DNA from: Klebsormidium nitens
Lineage: Eukaryota > Plantae > Klebsormidiophyceae
Assembly: GCA_000708835.1 (NCBI GenBank)
Contig: DF237051.1
Location: forward strand, 62,001 to 126,000
Reading direction: 5' to 3'
DNA: 64,000 bases
Positions 60,201 to 64,000 of the stretch are shown one piece after another. The notes under the pieces were generated by a model, which searched no databases, was not told the DNA's origin, and saw nothing but the letters and a program-made list of their open reading frames with translations. Position numbers and translations under genes: made by a program. Position 1 is the stretch's first letter; the number at the start of each line of letters is the position of its first letter.

Positions 60201-63200
60201 TCGCCAATAAGTGCTCCCGGTACGCGTCCTCCACGTATGACGCGAGCCGCGGCCGCGCACCGGCCGCGCTGCGCGAGAGGGCGCGCGCCTTGTCCCACAG
60301 CCCCGCGACGATGTAAATGTCCACCGCCTCCTGATGGCCGTCGATGCCTTCGTACAGCTCCGCGGCCTGCGGACGTCCGAAAGGGATTGGGTCGTGTATA
60401 TTTAAACCGGTTCAAGTTAGATGGGTCTGGCAGCGGGTTATAGAGTAACTCAGTAGCAGAAGGGCCGATGAATGATGGCTAGCATAAGAATTGGCAACAA
60501 ACACTGTTTCAGAGCCTTCTAACAGGATGCAATTAAAACCGGGTGACCGACAACGGTAGCGGTTGGTCGGGCTACGATGTTCTCCCTCCGGACAACAACT
60601 TGGTTTCTGGCAAATCAATTCAGAAGTTGCGACCAAGAACTTTACTTGAATTTTCTTTGCCCTGAGTTTCAGATTTTCAGGCCTCCAGGATCCAACAAGC
60701 CAGGCGAGCTCGCACATCCTGCAAGTCTTCCTGCGGCTTCTCGCAACAAAGAAGGGCGCCCCTCAGAATATCACGCCGTAACAAAGTCGCCGGCTTTCTC
60801 GTTCTGCGGCCCATTACCAGTTAACCTGATCGTAGCCCAGACATGAACCTTAACCACCATGGTTAAGAAAGAGACTATATTGTGCTGTTTCCGCCCGTAC
60901 CTGTTCGCACCGCCCGATGTCCACCAGCCGCTTCGCCACCAGCCCGATGACGTCACCCGTGCGCTCGGTGACGTAGTTCATTGCCAGCTTGACGGCCGTC
61001 TCCCACGCCTGCTCCAGCAGGTTCAGGTCCGGCGTGTACTCTTTCGTCAGGCTGAGATAAGCGTCGATCGCGCGCGCGTAGTCGCGCCCCTTCTCGAGCG
61101 CGCGCGCGCGCCCGAGGATGCTCTCCGCAGAGTCGCCCCCGGCGTCACCGCGGAGCGCGGCCGCCATCTCGGCCTGGAGCTCGGGGACCTGCGTAGAGGT
61201 TTCAGTAAGTTTGTAAAGAGGCTTCTCCTCCGTGAGGTGAAGTACTGGCTAGAAAAGCAATTGAACGATTGGAGAGATAACGATGCGTAGAGTCGCCAAA
61301 AGCAGATCAACGAATTCCCAAAGCCGCACATCTTGGCGGGCACGCATTCGTTCGACCCCGCGCAGCGCGTAAACGGCCTCTTTCATGTAGGTCCTATTGA
61401 CAAGACTCAGCTTCTGAACTATCCCAACTTTCGTGCAAATCTTCACTTCTTAATCCCGGGCTCCTTAATGCGCATTGGCCGCGTCGTCTTCTCCCCAGAT
61501 TTACCAATTCAAAAGAGTTTGTTAGCAGTGGAGTTACGTTCTTGTTATGAACGCAAAGCCTTAAACCCTTAAACCCCGCGCACCTTGGTGGGCATGTACT
61601 CGTCGGCGACGCGCAGCGCGTCCTCCCACTTGCGCAGCTCGCGGTACATCTTGATGGCCAGGTCCGCGCGCTTTGCCTTCAGCAGCATCGCCTCCGCGCG
61701 CGCGTAGTCGCCTGCCTCCGCGAGCACGCGCCCCTGAGCTGCCTGCGCGTACGAAACTTCGACAGCTTAGTGGGGAAGGTCCGCCCAGGGAACAGAAGCC
61801 GTTCACTGTCCCCCTAAGAATACAAATAAGCGGTGTTTTTCCAGACGAAAACGACCTGGATTCCCATTGATTTCCATCTTGCCCGGGCTGCAACCTCCTC
61901 TGAAAGCACGACACCGTTTTGAGCACGCTAAGGCGCTCGTAAATTTCTTGCTCACCCCACCAAACGAAGAATTTTGGGCGCCCTTCTACGCGCGATCAAT
62001 CTTTCAGAAGAGTCGCAAGACACAATCATACGAGCAGAAGAGACCCCTACAGTAGTGTCTGCAGCCCAAAACCGTGCTAAACAGGGTCATGAACAAATGC
62101 CCAAGATTTGATTCCGTCGACCGTTTCCTATCAGTATCCTTCATCCTTGAAAGAGTCGTAAATCTGAATCTTCTATAAATGTTTGCCCTTACGTGCACGT
62201 CGGAGATGCTGGCGGGGCTGCAGTGCTCCGCGACCCGCATCGCGTTCCCCCAGTCCTGCTGGTGCACGTACATGTCGATCGCCTCCTTCGGCTTTTCCGC
62301 CTTGATGAACTCCTCCTCCGCTTCTTTGAAGCGTCCCTCGTCTTCCAGCCACATCGCGTGTTTTAGATGCACCTGCATGGTCGAGACCGGAGGTTTGGAG
62401 GATGTCAAGAACCTGGAACTCTATCTGTCTTGCCGTTTGTACCTTACAGAGCTTCGGGTCTTGATGGAGCTCCCCTCCGATTGGTTGGACCGGATCGAGT
62501 CCTCCAGCCACATTGCGTGCCTTTGGTGCACCTGTTCAGAGCAGAGCTCTTTGTTATGTGCGCATAGGAGCAAGCCTTCCTAGTATTTCAAAGTGGTTCT
62601 GACATTTCTTTCACCAAAGGATTCCTGACAGAACTGGAAGTCGTCCTCGAACAACATCGGTTGTAAAATATCCTTGATTCGGAGTTGAAGAAGTCTGCAA
62701 GTCCACTTTTTCAGTCTCGACTAGTAACAACCGTCTCCCTCCAGCCACATCGGGTAATCCAGTTTAACCTGCGCAATCCGCTTTCGGAAAAGTTCTTTAA
62801 GCGGGTCCCGAGGGTTTGGAATGTTAGATCTTTTAGATCAGAACGGTCCTCTTTTCCATTTGGACGTGAAAGTCAAAAAGTTTCGCGTCAAAAATGCATT
62901 GGCGTGCAATGCATCGCCCTCTGTGCGATTGACAGACAGGAGAACGTTTCGTAAAAAGATGATGTCCTACCTCCAGTAGCTTGTGTTTGGCGGACGAGCG
63001 GCACAGCTCGAACGCGTGTGTGAACGCGTTGTTCTCGACCGCGTAGTCGATTGCCTGGTCCACCAAACCCAACTTGGTTAGCAGCGCCGCGCCCGCGTCA
63101 CCGCCCAGGCTGGAAGCCCACGCATACGCAACCTGGGTCAAGCAGAGAAAATTGGGTTAGTGAACAGCGCTTGGAAAAGTACTCGTTTGTCTGAAAATCT

Positions 63201-64000
63201 GCCTGTGCTAAAAATGCAGTCTTCTGATTCGGGCCTTGCAGCGGGGCGCAAGAGTTTCTCGGACTTCGTGCGTCGTGGACTGGAACGGAAGATTGATTGA
63301 ATGATTGTAAGAGGAATTGACAGCAGCAAAACAGGAGCGATCAGATAACCTGGTCAAAGCTGCTAAATCAGCAGCTGACCGCGGCCGCGTATGGCCTCAT
63401 GGAATGAGATCTTGTGCGAATTTGGCAACCAGACACGACTACCTGGAAGACCGAGACATCTAAGCTGCGGAACACTCCGACGGACGACAAAGACATGTTC
63501 CGGTTCCTTTCTAAATTGATGTTCTTGACGCATCCGAGCACGCAAGGTGGGACAAGAACAAGCATCGACACGCCGCTAACGTGCCCGGCTAACCTGCTTG
63601 GACGCCGCGGGCCCGCCCAATGTCTTGGCGACACGTGTCGCGTCCTCCCAGAGGTTGTTGGCGCGGTACATCTGGACCGCGCTCTTCCAGTCGCCCGCGT
63701 CGCAGTAGTGCGCCTCCGCCTCGCGGAAGTGGCCGCTCGCCTCTAGTTGCTGCGCCAGCGCCACGTGGGTCTCGGGGAGCAGCTCGGGGCGGTACTTGGC
63801 AACCAGCCTGAGAAAAAAGACAAAATATCATTTACTTATTTATTCAGACTATGCGCATCTCTGGCACTGAGCTTAACGACGTGTCGCTTCTCAAGTGAGA
63901 GGCTGAAGTGTCAGCTTTTTCAAAGTAGAAGAGACGATTTGGGTCGGCCTCTTGCTCTGAAGCGAGAAGGAAACGAGGAATTCTCTGTTGTTTCTCGAGT
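57280..64000 (-). CDS. IFT172: Intraflagellar transport protein IFT172, 3' part; gene starts beyond the window end
   Basis: Exons: 63807-63594, 63132-62971, 62372-62193, 61742-61584, 61188-60901, 60366-60118, 59524-59240, 58874-58698, 58353-58194, 57821-57682, 57447-57280. TPR-like repeats: [72 protein letters not shown]...[38 protein letters not shown]. Confidence 0.96.
62500..62775 (-). repeat. Two echoes of IFT172 acceptor plus exon start
   Basis: Minus strand: CAG|GTTAAACTGGATTACCCGATGTGGCTGGAGG (about 62770) and CAG|GTGCACCAAAGGCACGCAATGTGGCTGGAGGAC (about 62532) versus real CAG|GTGCATCTAAAACACGCGATGTGGCTGGAAGAC (62372). Confidence 0.85.

Noticed and set aside
1-64000. tRNA, rRNA or snoRNA genes
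   Set aside because: No cloverleaf, rRNA signature or convincing C/D or H/ACA box pair was seen by eye. tRNAscan-SE and Infernal would be decisive.

Overview
Intron-rich eukaryotic nuclear DNA with GC3-rich exons, GT-AG introns and one assembly gap at 16437-16693. Plastid transit peptides together with flagellar genes suggest a flagellated green or streptophyte alga (Klebsormidium-like; inference). In order: the 3' part of the spliceosomal helicase BRR2 (+), an intronless U-box + vWA gene with a stop where Gly is expected (-), a complete but degenerate 5.6-kb PIF/Harbinger transposon with TIRs, CTA TSD, Myb/SANT ORF and DDE transposase, small MITE-like elements, a plastid rhodanese-like gene (-), a FAM227/FWWh gene (+), an orphan membrane protein (-), a fused PurK-PurE AIR carboxylase (+), a YTH-domain m6A reader (+), and the 3' part of IFT172 (-). 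The most unusual signal is pervasive 'splice-junction echoes'. Five of the six spliced host genes carry 1-4 degenerate 20-150 bp tandem copies of an exon end plus its splice site in the adjacent intron. At shared sites the functional exon copy often carries the A/T allele while the echoes keep G/C, hinting at a duplication-linked C:G to T:A mutational process. No rRNA, tRNA or CRISPR array was seen. All alignments and counts were done by eye.
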